Source of the DNA: a virus
Taxonomy: Duplodnaviria; Caudoviricetes
Length of the DNA: 40,879 nt
Reading direction: 5' to 3' (one strand)
IMG/VR virus record: IMGVR_UViG_3300021408_000140
Location: 1-40,879 of that record
In this document: positions 18,017-27,108 of the stretch, piece after piece
Numbering within the stretch: the stretch's first letter is position 1
Layout of the letters: every line of letters begins with the position of its first letter
The notes under the pieces: model-generated
Seen by the model: the letters and a program-made list of their open reading frames with translations, nothing else
The model's database searches: none
What the model was told of the DNA's origin: nothing
Position numbers and translations under genes: made by a program

Positions 18017-19276
18017 TCACGCTGCCACGCGCACCCAGGCGCCGGGCTTCTCGACCAGGAATCCAGGGTCGGAGACTGCGCGGAGCTCGCGCGAGTCCGT
18101 CCCGTCTTCGGTCCGGAGCGCGTCCGGACCGTTGCCGTTGTCCCAGTGCACGAGCGGACCGATCGAGCCCATCTTGAGCGTGTCCTTCTCTCCGCAACGC
18201 TCTACGTTGTCCGGCATCCAGGCGGACGCCATGACCATGATCGGGCCCGCCGGGCCTGCGATCTCGACGCCTTGGTACGAGACGCCCATCTTGAATTTGC
18301 CGACGTCGGCCGCCGGCACCTTCTGCATCACGAGCTTGTTCTCGAACTCGAAGAGCAGTTTTTCGAAGTTGCGCGTCGACATGAAGTACACGTCGGGCTC
18401 ACCACCTGCGTCGACACTGCGACGTGCCGCGGCCCAGATGCGCTGCTGGCCGCTCATGTTCCCGCCGTTCATCACGTAGCCCGCGAGCCACCCCGGATTC
18501 AGGTTCCGGTTGCACGTGAGGAACGTGCCCGGCGTGCCCGTGTGGTTCGGTAGGAACGCGTCGAGCCCGTAGATATAGTCGTTGTCGTAGTTGCCCGTGT
18601 AGTAGATGCGGTCGCCCGCAACCACCGACGGGAACGCGACGTTCCACGCGACGCTGAGCGTCAGCGTGGGGTTGTCCCACGTGCCGACGCTGAGGATGCG
18701 CGCCTCGGCTCCACCGTCACGGAGCGCGCCGGCCGGCAGACCCGTCTCCTCGAGCTGGATGGCGGTCTCCTGCTGGAAGTTTTTCAGATCGTTCGGATCG
18801 GAAAGCACGACGGTCGCCGTGTTGACCGTGCTCGTCGTCGCGATGCGGCCGACGACGCCGACGCCGTTGCCGTGGATCGCGGTCGAGAAGCGGTAGCGCA
18901 TGTTGCGCAGGCACGCCTCGCCTTCGCGCTTGAGCGGGTCGACGAGCAGCGCGCTCTTCTTGCCGTACTCGCTTGCGCGGAGCAGCTTCCCCTCGAGGGA
19001 CAGCGTCGCGTACATCTCGCGCGTCGTGACCTGGAACTCCTGCTCCTTCGCGGCGCTCTTCAGGCGCTTCGCATCGGCGTAGTTTCGCCCGATGCCCTGC
19101 GTGCCGCCCCAGCCGAGCGGGTGATGGATGATGGCGTAGCTCCAGTTCGTGTCCTTCTTGCAGATGCCCAAGATGGGCTCCGCTTTGATCATCTCCTCGA
19201 TGAGGGCCTGGTCCGGCCAGAGCTCTCGGACGAGTCCTCCCGCGACGTGCAACGCATACGTAGCCGGTCCAGGCAT
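18017..19276 (-). CDS. Major capsid protein
   Basis: 419 aa; follows portal and scaffold; GGAG RBS. Confidence 0.78.
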   Translation of the reverse strand: MPGPATYALHVAGGLVRELWPDQALIEEMIKAEPILGICKKDTNWSYAIIHHPLGWGGTQGIGRNYADAKRLKSAAKEQEFQVTTREMYATLSLEGKLLRASEYGKKSALLVDPLKREGEACLRNMRYRFSTAIHGNGVGVVGRIATTSTVNTATVVLSDPNDLKNFQQETAIQLEETGLPAGALRDGGAEARILSVGTWDNPTLTLSVAWNVAFPSVVAGDRIYYTGNYDNDYIYGLDAFLPNHTGTPGTFLTCNRNLNPGWLAGYVMNGGNMSGQQRIWAAARRSVDAGGEPDVYFMSTRNFEKLLFEFENKLVMQKVPAADVGKFKMGVSYQGVEIAGPAGPIMVMASAWMPDNVERCGEKDTLKMGSIGPLVHWDNGNGPDALRTEDGTDSRELRAVSDPGFLVEKPGAWVRVAA

Positions 19277-19301
19277 GATGCCATCTCCCGACGGCTCGGC
19301 G

Positions 19302-20423
19302 TCATTCCTTGCCGAGCCGCTCTTTGAGCAGCCGCGCGCGCTCGTCGAGGGGCAGCTTGTGCAGAGGAATCTCCTCCGTCACCTGCGTCCGCTCTTGAGT
19401 CTCGCGGTTGCTCAGCGTCCTAATCGGCTGGTCTGCGCCGTTCTTCGAGGAGGGGTCGCGGCCGTTTGCTGGAGCGGCAGCCGCGCCGGGCGCGATCTGC
19501 ACTTCATCGAGGATCTGCTCCATGTGATCGTGGAGCTCATCGAGACTGTAGCCCTCGGATAGGAGGGGGACAACCCACCGGTTGGCGAAGTGCACGACGC
19601 CGTCGCCTCCGTACTTCGCTTTGAGACCCGCGGTGAGCGGGTGCGAAGCCGCGCGCTCATCGATCTGCGTGAGGTACGTGTGCCCGCGCTCGACCGCCGC
19701 GCGCTGCTCGTGCGTCGACTGCTGCTCGGTCTCACGCGCCTGCCGCTCTGCATCAAGGCGCTTCTCGAGCTCGGCGATCTTGGCGAACGCCTTCTGTTCG
19801 CTCGTGAGCGCTTGCTGCCTTGCGACGTGCGCCGGGTCCGTGAGGCGCGCGCGCATCCACTCCGCGAGCTTCGTGGCGCTCATGCCCTTTCGCTCGGCTG
19901 CCTCAAGTAAGGCCTCTTCGGAGTCGAAGACGCGCTCGTTCGGCTCGAGCTCGGCGAGGCGGGCGCGGAGCTTGTCGACCTCGCCCTCGTTCTGGCGGAA
20001 CTTCTGACGCGCCTGGCGCTCGGTATCGGCGGCGCGCTCCTTCGCTCGCACGGCCTCGATGCGCGACATGCGCTCGGCACGCGCCTTCACGACGGGATCG
20101 TCAGCCGCCGGTACGTCGCCCGAGGCTGCCTCGGGCGTGTCGCGTCGCGGGGGGGGTGCGACAGGCACGTCCGGGGCAGCCTCCGGCGACGGAGCAGCGT
20201 CGAGGCTGGCTTTCAGATCGGCAGCACGCTCGTCGGCGGTCTTGCGGCTCGACGTCTCGGTCGCTGATGCCGACACGGAGGGAGCCTGCGTGATGGCGAC
20301 GGACTTCGCCTTCCCATTGGCCTTCGTCGATGCCTTGGCAGGCTTGGCGGGAGCGGGTGCCGGGGCTTCGGCGGCAGTGGGGGTCGCGGGCGTTGCCGCG
20401 GCAGGGGCTACAGGGTCAGGCAT
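19302..20423 (-). CDS. Capsid scaffolding protein
   Basis: Pro/Ala-rich N-terminus, long charged coiled coil; lies between portal and capsid genes. Confidence 0.68.
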   Translation of the reverse strand: MPDPVAPAAATPATPTAAEAPAPAPAKPAKASTKANGKAKSVAITQAPSVSASATETSSRKTADERAADLKASLDAAPSPEAAPDVPVAPPPRRDTPEAASGDVPAADDPVVKARAERMSRIEAVRAKERAADTERQARQKFRQNEGEVDKLRARLAELEPNERVFDSEEALLEAAERKGMSATKLAEWMRARLTDPAHVARQQALTSEQKAFAKIAELEKRLDAERQARETEQQSTHEQRAAVERGHTYLTQIDERAASHPLTAGLKAKYGGDGVVHFANRWVVPLLSEGYSLDELHDHMEQILDEVQIAPGAAAAPANGRDPSSKNGADQPIRTLSNRETQERTQVTEEIPLHKLPLDERARLLKERLGKE

Positions 20424-20435
20424 GGGATGGGTCCT

Positions 20436-22403
20436 TCAGGCTGCGATAGGCGGTGCACCCATCGGAATATCGGCGGGCATCGGCGGGAGCTCGCCGGCCA
20501 TCGGGGGTGGCGGAGGCAAGCCCGCTGCGTCGAGGGGCAGGCCTGATCCGGGAGGCGGCAGCGGTCCACCCGGGGGCGGCATCGCGGCGTCGGGCGCGAG
20601 CCCTGCGGACGCAGCCTCCTCGGCCTTCTTCTTGTCGATCAGGTACGCGCAGTCGTCGATGAATTGACCGAGCAGATCGAGCACGTGCTTCGGCGCCCCG
20701 TCCATCTGAGCCTGGAGCCGCTTCTGATGCGCTCGGCGGTGCGCCCACTCGAGCGGCATGTACCCGTTCGGCGCGAGATCATTTGCGGCCCCGTCGTCCG
20801 CATCGAGGATTGCTTCCAGTATCTCGTCGACGATGAGGCGGTTGACCGTCTCGAGGTCGAGCTCGGCCTGCACGTCGCCCGCGTCGAGGTTACGCATGAA
20901 CGTACCGCGGTCGATGGCGCCCATCTCGAACAGCGTCTTGAGCTTGTCGAGGCGCCCCGCGAAGCTCGTGAACAGCTGCCCGACGCTCTGCATCTGGAGC
21001 TGGAAGCCGTCGACGACAACGTCCGTCCACTTGAGCGGCAGGTAGGCGCCCTTCATCGGCACGTCGACCGCGTACTCGCCGTACTCCTTTGCGATCTTCT
21101 TGATGGCCTCGACGAGCAAACGCGCGACGTTCATGCACCACGATTCGAAGCGTCGACCGAAGACGATGTGCCGCTGGCTCTCGATGTCGTCGAGCGTCTG
21201 AAGGCCGATACCCGACTCGATGCCGGTGGGTTTCTGGCTCTGCGCCGCCATCTGAGAGATGCCCGTCGCGTTGAGCGCACGCTCGATGAGCTCGGGCGGA
21301 CGGAGCCTGAGGTGCTCGTTCACGAGGTCCATGTCGAAGATCTCGGGCGCGTACGGACCGGGCTTGCAGCTGAGCACCGAAATGCCGTTGACCATGTCGA
21401 ACTTGATGACGCCCGAGCCGTCGCGCAGCAGCACGCCCTTGCCGCTGAGCGAGTACTGCTCCGAGAGCTTCTCGTTCGCTTCGTTGATGCTGCACTGGTA
21501 GCCCTCGAGCTGTTGCGACATCGGCGATGGCCAGAAGCCGGTGTTCGGCGTGTCGTAGCCGAGGACCGCGAACGGGAAGAACTCGTGCGGCCACTCCTCG
21601 TCGAAGAGCACGGCGCCCTCGCAGATGATGACGTGGCGGCCCGTGCACTCGTGGTCCTCGTCGTCTTCGTCGTGGTCGGCGCAGCGGTACCAGGCCTCGA
21701 GGAGCTCGACGCGCTCGACCGTGCTCGAGCGCTCTTCCTCGAGGTAGCGGCTCGTCGACGAGGAGAAGTGCCCGGCGTTCTTCAGGCGGTCGCGGAGCGC
21801 CGGCTTGCCCTTGCCCCATCGCGCGATCGCTTTCGCTCGGTCCATCGTACGGAGCCGGTAGAGCGTCAGGGGCTTACCAAACTCGGCGTCCCAGTCGTCG
21901 ACGTAGAGCGTCCACGGGTGCACGCGCTCGACGCGCACCTTCTTCCGGTCGGCGTAGACCTGGACGACCCCCGCGCGCGCGATGAGGGCGTCTTTAATGA
22001 TCTGACTCGCGAGCTCCTCGTGGATGCCCTGCCGGTAGAACTCGCCGTCGATGAACTGCCGGAGCTTCCGCGCGCGGCGTTGATCCTTGTAGTTTCCACG
22101 CGACGTGAGCACCTGCGGTATCGGACGGATGGTCGCGACCTTCGCGGTGAGCGTGTCGACCGCCATCTTTACGACGTTGTCGGGCAGCGTCGTCGCCTGG
22201 TACTGCAGGTTCCGCCGCGAGCGAACGGTGACGCCGCCGAGACCGGTGCCTTCGTAGAGCGCCCAGTGGTACTCGTCGGCGTCGGTCCGCCACTCGGCCT
22301 CGTCGCGCACGACGTGGAAGACGGACGCAAGCGTCTCGGCGAGCTCGTCGCCCTTCTTGAGCTGCCACGAGGCGTCGAGGACCCTATGCGTCTCGACCGA
22401 CAC
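20436..22403 (-). CDS. Portal protein
   Basis: 655 aa downstream of terL; PHEFFPFA..GY...GFW, Q..IN, TGISQ....G..SG motifs; Pro-rich tail. Confidence 0.85.
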   Translation of the reverse strand: MSVETHRVLDASWQLKKGDELAETLASVFHVVRDEAEWRTDADEYHWALYEGTGLGGVTVRSRRNLQYQATTLPDNVVKMAVDTLTAKVATIRPIPQVLTSRGNYKDQRRARKLRQFIDGEFYRQGIHEELASQIIKDALIARAGVVQVYADRKKVRVERVHPWTLYVDDWDAEFGKPLTLYRLRTMDRAKAIARWGKGKPALRDRLKNAGHFSSSTSRYLEEERSSTVERVELLEAWYRCADHDEDDEDHECTGRHVIICEGAVLFDEEWPHEFFPFAVLGYDTPNTGFWPSPMSQQLEGYQCSINEANEKLSEQYSLSGKGVLLRDGSGVIKFDMVNGISVLSCKPGPYAPEIFDMDLVNEHLRLRPPELIERALNATGISQMAAQSQKPTGIESGIGLQTLDDIESQRHIVFGRRFESWCMNVARLLVEAIKKIAKEYGEYAVDVPMKGAYLPLKWTDVVVDGFQLQMQSVGQLFTSFAGRLDKLKTLFEMGAIDRGTFMRNLDAGDVQAELDLETVNRLIVDEILEAILDADDGAANDLAPNGYMPLEWAHRRAHQKRLQAQMDGAPKHVLDLLGQFIDDCAYLIDKKKAEEAASAGLAPDAAMPPPGGPLPPPGSGLPLDAAGLPPPPPMAGELPPMPADIPMGAPPIAA

Positions 22404-22635
22404 GAGGGACCAGACCCGGAGTCGCGCGCAGACTGAGTTGCTTTCGCAACTCGGCGCGTGCCCTCACGGCGTCGGCTGAATCCTCGTGCTGGGGTGCCTC
22501 GTCGCCGGTAGCGGCTTCGGGGGCTTCAGGTCCGAGAGAGAGGGAGAGGAGCTCGCCAGTCGGCGCGAACGTGGCGCCGGTAGCGCCCACGCGTCGCATC
22601 CACGTGGCTTTGCTGCTCCAGTCCGCCTCGGACAT
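22384..22635 (-). CDS. Hypothetical protein upstream of portal
   Basis: ORF overlapping the portal start. Confidence 0.6.
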   Translation of the reverse strand: MSEADWSSKATWMRRVGATGATFAPTGELLSLSLGPEAPEAATGDEAPQHEDSADAVRARAELRKQLSLRATPGLVPRVGRDA

Positions 22636-22672
22636 CCTGGGATGTATAGCGCAGTCCTGCGCGATCGTCAGC

Positions 22673-23095
22673 CTACGGGCGCGCTGCGCACGTGAGGATG
22701 ATCATGGTCATCGGCATCAGCGCCCCAGGCGTCGGGCTGACATACAGCGACAACGATGAGCCGTGAACGTTGCGCTCTCCAACGAGACACCCACCCTGCG
22801 TCGCGACGGTCGCGCCACCGGCGTGGCGACAGAAAAGGTCCCGCAGCTCGCTGACGCTGCCATCCGCCTGTCGGAGCCAGCGGGGCGCACCGACCGTGCA
22901 CTTCCACACCGCAGCCACGAGCCTCGGCAGCAAGATGTCTCGTTCAATCGAGTCGGGCGTGGCGCCACCCGAGCCAAGCTCCGACGAGACTTCGAGCTTC
23001 CACGCCACCCCCGTCTGCTCGTCCGCAGCCGCCTCGCCTGCCGAGCCGATGACAACCAACCCCGCCAACGCCCCCACCAGCCATGCGCTTCTCAT
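22673..23095 (-). CDS. Secreted/periplasmic protein (Sec signal peptide), moron-like
   Basis: MRSAWLVGALAGLVVIGSAGEAAA|DEQ; four Cys; GAGGGA RBS. Confidence 0.65.
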   Translation of the reverse strand: MRSAWLVGALAGLVVIGSAGEAAADEQTGVAWKLEVSSELGSGGATPDSIERDILLPRLVAAVWKCTVGAPRWLRQADGSVSELRDLFCRHAGGATVATQGGCLVGERNVHGSSLSLYVSPTPGALMPMTMIILTCAARP

Positions 23096-23206
23096 CGTCG
23101 TCCCTCGTCCTAGTGCAACGGCCGGTCCGCGCTGCTCTTCAGCCCTGCCGCGTTCGATGCACGTCGCCGGAGCGCATGAGCTGCGTCGGTGCGCGCAGGT
23201 GATGCG

Positions 23207-24019
23207 TTAGCGACGCCAGCGCGCGGAGGGTCCGCGGTCGGCCGCGCCGCCATTCGCCTTCCAGAAGGGTCGGTCCGCTTCGGCCTTGAAGTGCTCGTAT
23301 CGCGCCTTCTTCCGCGCCTGCTCCGCCTCGCGCGTGCCCTCGACGGCCTTGGGCTCGGCAACGATGTCGCCCGCCATGTGCCACACGGCGAGAACGAACG
23401 CGGCGCAAAGATCTCCGTGCCCACCGCGGGCCCAGCGAGGGTGCTGAATCGAGAGCCCACCCCCGGCCGTCGGCCGCCCGGTCACTTCACGCAGCTGAGC
23501 GATGAGCCGCTGATGCCGAGGCACGCGAACGCGCCCCTCTCTCATGAGCTGACGAGTACGCACGTAGGCCTCAGAGGGTGGACTCGGGCCCGGCACGAGG
23601 CTCATGTCGAACTCGTTCAGGTACTCGCGCACCGACTCGACGTAGTGCGAATCGCCCACCGCGTACGTGCACCCGTGGCGCGCCATCACGCTCGCGAACC
23701 GACGAACGACGGCGCTCGGCTTGAGCGGCGCGCTCTCGCTCGGACGGAGCTCTACGATCTCTGCGACGCGCAGCATCGCCTCGCGCTGGTGCACGATGAC
23801 AAGCGCCGAAGAATCGGCCCTCAGGCCCATGTCGAGCCCTGCGCAGACGACGTCACCCGGTGCGGGCAGCACGCACCCTCTGATGCCACGCAGCGAAGTA
23901 GTCACGATCGCACGTTCGACAGCGCCGCGCGCCCGGTACCAGTCTCGTGTTTTCAGGAGAGAACGCATGACCACGCGGACAGTGGGTCCGATTGCGTCTA
24001 TTCGCCTGCGATACGACAC
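23207..24019 (-). CDS. terL: Terminase large subunit, C-terminal RNase H-like nuclease part (homologous region begins near 23875; true start unknown)
   Basis: AGLDMG...DSSAL, VGDSHY, LIAQL, HGDLCAAFVLA motifs. Confidence 0.82.
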   Translation of the reverse strand: MSYRRRIDAIGPTVRVVMRSLLKTRDWYRARGAVERAIVTTSLRGIRGCVLPAPGDVVCAGLDMGLRADSSALVIVHQREAMLRVAEIVELRPSESAPLKPSAVVRRFASVMARHGCTYAVGDSHYVESVREYLNEFDMSLVPGPSPPSEAYVRTRQLMREGRVRVPRHQRLIAQLREVTGRPTAGGGLSIQHPRWARGGHGDLCAAFVLAVWHMAGDIVAEPKAVEGTREAEQARKKARYEHFKAEADRPFWKANGGAADRGPSARWRR

Positions 24020-24347
24020 CAGCTTTACGAAGCGCGGGGGCGTTCCCTGACCAACCCACTCCCCTTCGAAGGTTCTCTACCAGCGTCACGGGCTCCAGGT
24101 GCGCAGGGTTCACGCAAGCTCGGTTGCGACAGAGATGGTCGATCTGCATCCCGTTCGGGATCGGCCCGACTGCGTCTTCGTACGTGTGCCGATGAGCCAT
24201 CACGTTGCGCCCGTTGAGCCAAAACACACCGTAGCCACCTGTCGTAAGGCCGGCCGTCCACACCCAGCACCACGGGTGCTCGGGCGCCCCGCCCTTATCG
24301 ACCTTTGACCAGAAGCGATCAGGCAACTTCGTCTCGTACATCATCAC
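23853..24347 (-). CDS. HNH homing endonuclease inserted in terL
   Basis: RFWSKVDK..CWVWT..GYG.F..AHR..Y..GPIP..IDHLCRNRACVNPAHLEPVT..EN, plus THCPRGH..RRCRTC. Confidence 0.93.
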   Translation of the reverse strand: MMMYETKLPDRFWSKVDKGGAPEHPWCWVWTAGLTTGGYGVFWLNGRNVMAHRHTYEDAVGPIPNGMQIDHLCRNRACVNPAHLEPVTLVENLRRGVGWSGNAPALRKAGVVSQANRRNRTHCPRGHAFSPENTRLVPGARRCRTCDRDYFAAWHQRVRAARTG

Positions 24348-25338
24348 CAGTTATTGCGCATTCCAGCGCGTCGTCAATCGAGCCGTCGATGAGGCTCGGC
24401 GGGAAGAAGACGTCGGTTCCGCCGCGCACGAATTGCGCCCCAAACTCCCGCCGTGCGTTGTCCTCGTCGCGTGCCGTCTCCCTCTCTACGATGGCCCGCG
24501 TCATCGGCGAGTCGTGCACGACGAGCGTCGGCGCGTGAGCCACTATCGCGTCGCCGCCGAGCTTGCCCCAGTTGCGTTCGTGGAGGTCGAAGAGCAGACC
24601 CGTCTCAGCCCATGGCGTCGAGGCGACGATCGTCTGTCCGCCCGGGAGCACGCGCGGAGCACCGGCAGCGAAGATGTCGGAGTCCGATACCCGATACGAT
24701 GCGTCACGGAAAAATGCCGCTTCGTCGAGTGCGAAGTCGGTGAGCGCTCGGCCTCGGCCGCCGTATCCGCCCCTGGTCGCGACGCCGCCCTCGAACGTGA
24801 CGACGCGGTCGAAGTCCGGGCGGTAGATCCCAAACTCGCCCACGACATCATCGTCTCTCGTGCCTCGAGGGAGCCTGAGTCTCGCGCGTAGCTCCGGCTT
24901 GGACCGGACCGCTCCGAGCGCATACGCCACCGCCTCGGCACGTAGGCGGTCGTTCGGTGCGATGCAGAGCGCGACGGCGCGCTGGCCAGGCGCCATCGTC
25001 GACAGGTCGCGCGTGAGCATCCCCCAGACGAGCCGGAGCGCGATGAGCAAGTACGTCTTGCCCGCGCGACCGCCGCACACGGCGCAGACAACCGCGCGCT
25101 GCGCGGGCGTAACCGCGCAGAAGTCGAGATCTCCGAAGATGCGACGCGCGAGCTCGACGTCATGAGGCTCGTCTCCGTCGTACGCGACACGCGCGAGCTC
25201 CGCCTGGCCCGGGTGCGGCTCGACGCCGAGCCACTCGAGGAAGCCGATGTACTTTGCAGGTACCTCAGTGACGAGCGGATCGCTGCTGGTACTCTCGGCC
25301 GCTTCCGCGAGCGTTCTGCTGTGCTGCCAGGAGCGCAA
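24319..25338 (-). CDS. terL: Terminase large subunit, N-terminal ATPase part
   Basis: PHPGQ, Walker A GGRAGKT, Walker B FALDEAAF, ASTP, ARREFGAQF; TTG start after GGAGGTG. Confidence 0.88.
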   Translation of the reverse strand: MRSWQHSRTLAEAAESTSSDPLVTEVPAKYIGFLEWLGVEPHPGQAELARVAYDGDEPHDVELARRIFGDLDFCAVTPAQRAVVCAVCGGRAGKTYLLIALRLVWGMLTRDLSTMAPGQRAVALCIAPNDRLRAEAVAYALGAVRSKPELRARLRLPRGTRDDDVVGEFGIYRPDFDRVVTFEGGVATRGGYGGRGRALTDFALDEAAFFRDASYRVSDSDIFAAGAPRVLPGGQTIVASTPWAETGLLFDLHERNWGKLGGDAIVAHAPTLVVHDSPMTRAIVERETARDEDNARREFGAQFVRGGTDVFFPPSLIDGSIDDALECAITGDDVRDEVA

Positions 25339-25714
25339 CCGACACCTCCGTAAACGCCTCGGGCTTCATGCTCTCGCGTAGCACGGCGAGCATCGCCTCG
25401 CGCTCCTTCTCGACTGCGCGGTGCACACGGAAGGCGTAGCGCTCCGGGTAGCGCCGCTCGAGAATCCACGCCGCAGCCTTCCAGTGCCCCTTGTCACGCG
25501 AGGCGTTCTCGATGCGAGCGAGTAGACGCCGCTCGTGCATCGCAGCGGCTTTGCGGAGAGCAGCACGAAACGCACGGTCTGCCTTCTTCCAGCGCGTCAT
25601 GGAGGCGCGCGAGGCGCCTACCATCGTTGCTGCGGCCGTCGGCGAGTGTCCTGCGCGGACGAGCGCGATGACTCGCCGCTCGACGGCCGGCGTGAGCTTA
25701 CTCTGCCGCGGCAT
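25265..25714 (-). CDS. terS: Terminase small subunit (HTH)
   Basis: N-terminal HTH; WKAAAWILERRYPERY motif; directly upstream of terL. Confidence 0.78.
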   Translation of the reverse strand: MPRQSKLTPAVERRVIALVRAGHSPTAAATMVGASRASMTRWKKADRAFRAALRKAAAMHERRLLARIENASRDKGHWKAAAWILERRYPERYAFRVHRAVEKEREAMLAVLRESMKPEAFTEVSVALLAAQQNARGSGREYQQRSARH

Positions 25715-26012
25715 CCTCGAGGACCGCGATGACGTCGGCCTCGGGTACGAGAGCCAGGCCGTCCTCGCTCCCGAGCGGGTCGAACGTCTGGAGCATGTTG
25801 TGCCTCATGATGACCACGCGATCGCCCACGCGCACCTCAGGTTCGCTTCGCGCGCCGCTGTCCAGCACCCTGCCCCGACCGGCCGCTAGCACCTTGCCGA
25901 TGATCGTCTTCGGCGCGACGGTCTTCGTCGGCAGGACGAGCCCGCCCGCCGTCCGCTCCGGCAGCTTCTCCGGCTCGAGCAGCAGGTAATCCTTGATCGG
26001 TCTGACCTTCAT
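25698..26012 (-). CDS. groES: GroES/Cpn10-like co-chaperonin
   Basis: KVRPIKD.LL, mobile loop TAGGLVLP, GKVLAAGRG, VRVGDRV, EADVIAV. Confidence 0.9.
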   Translation of the reverse strand: MKVRPIKDYLLLEPEKLPERTAGGLVLPTKTVAPKTIIGKVLAAGRGRVLDSGARSEPEVRVGDRVVIMRHNMLQTFDPLGSEDGLALVPEADVIAVLEDAAAE

Positions 26013-26226
26013 GCGTCGCCACTCCTCGGTCTGCGTCGCGCTTGCGTTCTTCGAGAACGTAGCCGACGCCGGCTATTACGACCACGCGCCCGTCACGATG
26101 CTGCAGAAGCAGCCGCCCGAGGCTATCCGTCCGAATTGTCCATCCGTCGTCCTCGTGGAACTCGCGCGTGTGCGACGACGACTGCGAGGGCACCGGCACG
26201 GCCTGGAGCAGGTACACGGACGTCAC
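25837..26226 (-). CDS. Hypothetical protein (3' end overlaps groES)
   Basis: GTG at 26226 with GTGA coupling and GAAGG upstream. Confidence 0.45.
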   Translation of the reverse strand: MTSVYLLQAVPVPSQSSSHTREFHEDDGWTIRTDSLGRLLLQHRDGRVVVIAGVGYVLEERKRDADRGVATHEGQTDQGLPAARAGEAAGADGGRARPADEDRRAEDDHRQGASGRSGQGAGQRRAKRT

Positions 26227-26807
26227 GCTGCCTTCGCCCCCATCCGCGTCACGAGATAGCTCGGATCGAGACTCCACAACCGCGGTCGGTCGATGCCGAT
26301 CCCCTCCGACCCGATCGTGCGCATCTGCGGCAGCTCGAGCGAGCAGACCTGGTGTCGGTCGAGTCGCGACCCGAGCATGTCCCGCACGACCTCGGCGGCG
26401 AGTCCCGCCGCGATGAGCGACCGCTTCGCCCCGACCGCGTGTACGACATCGTCGCCGGACGTCACGAGCCACGCCCAGATGATCTGCGGCGCCTCGGGGT
26501 CGACAGCGAGCGCCACGGACGCCTCGGCGAGGAGCCACGCCCAGATGGGCCGGTGCGCCGCCAGGAACGCCCTCTGACGGGCGACCGCCTCCCCGGGCGG
26601 GCCTACGACCGTCCGACCCGCCCGAGCCGCTCCTGCCCTCATCCCGGACCGGCACCGGGTGTACGCGATGCCGAGCAGGTAGTGCATCGCGTCCTCGTCG
26701 GCCGAGTCGTAGGGCCTGACGAGCCATTCGCGCGGACCCTCGAGACCATGGCCGGCGACAACAGCAACCACGGACTCCACGCTAGCCCTCATGACACTAC
26801 GTGTCAC
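26223..26807 (-). CDS. Hypothetical protein, possible GNAT-like fold
   Basis: VRPY...DE..., AVDPEAP.IIWAWLV...VVHAV..KR...G.A pattern; start may be the ATG at 26793. Confidence 0.55.
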   Translation of the reverse strand: MTRSVMRASVESVVAVVAGHGLEGPREWLVRPYDSADEDAMHYLLGIAYTRCRSGMRAGAARAGRTVVGPPGEAVARQRAFLAAHRPIWAWLLAEASVALAVDPEAPQIIWAWLVTSGDDVVHAVGAKRSLIAAGLAAEVVRDMLGSRLDRHQVCSLELPQMRTIGSEGIGIDRPRLWSLDPSYLVTRMGAKAA

Positions 26808-26816
26808 GCGGCGCCC

Positions 26817-27106
26817 AATCCCCTTCCCGCATCATGTCCCTAATTCTCCTAATTCTCATCCGACCCCGGACCCTCGCCCATCCGAGATGAATCCCCTTCC
26901 CGCATCATGTCCCTAAAATAAAGGGGGATGAGCCCTGGTCGGGAAGGGGATTGGATCGATTTAGTCCTATTTTTGGGCCCGCCCATCGATATGAATCCCC
27001 TTCCCCCCCCTAAAGGGGGGGGAGGCGGGAAGGGGATTCATCTCGGATGGGCATCCCCTTCCCGGGAAGGGGATGGGAAGGGGATGGGAAGGGGGAAGGG
27101 GATTCA
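26817..27106. repeat. Iteron-like ATCCCCTTCCC array with inverted repeats; putative replication origin
   Basis: Nine perfect 11-mers in both orientations; 28-bp perfect inverted repeat; relatively AT-rich; directly downstream of the primase-helicase gene. Confidence 0.75.
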
Positions 27107-27108
27107 CA

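Noticed and set aside
20664-22436. Long plus-strand ORFs opposite the structural genes (also 10782..12446, 13817..15205, 16994..18553, 8311..9726)
   Set aside because: Antisense shadow frames typical of high-GC DNA; Arg-rich, with no motifs or RBS
23872-24360. Canonical group I intron, intein, or T4 gene 60-type ribosomal hop
   Set aside because: No non-coding space for an intron core was recognised; the halves are out of frame, so not an intein; 485 nt is far longer than the known 50-nt hop. An intron core overlapping the ORF cannot be excluded without a covariance-model search
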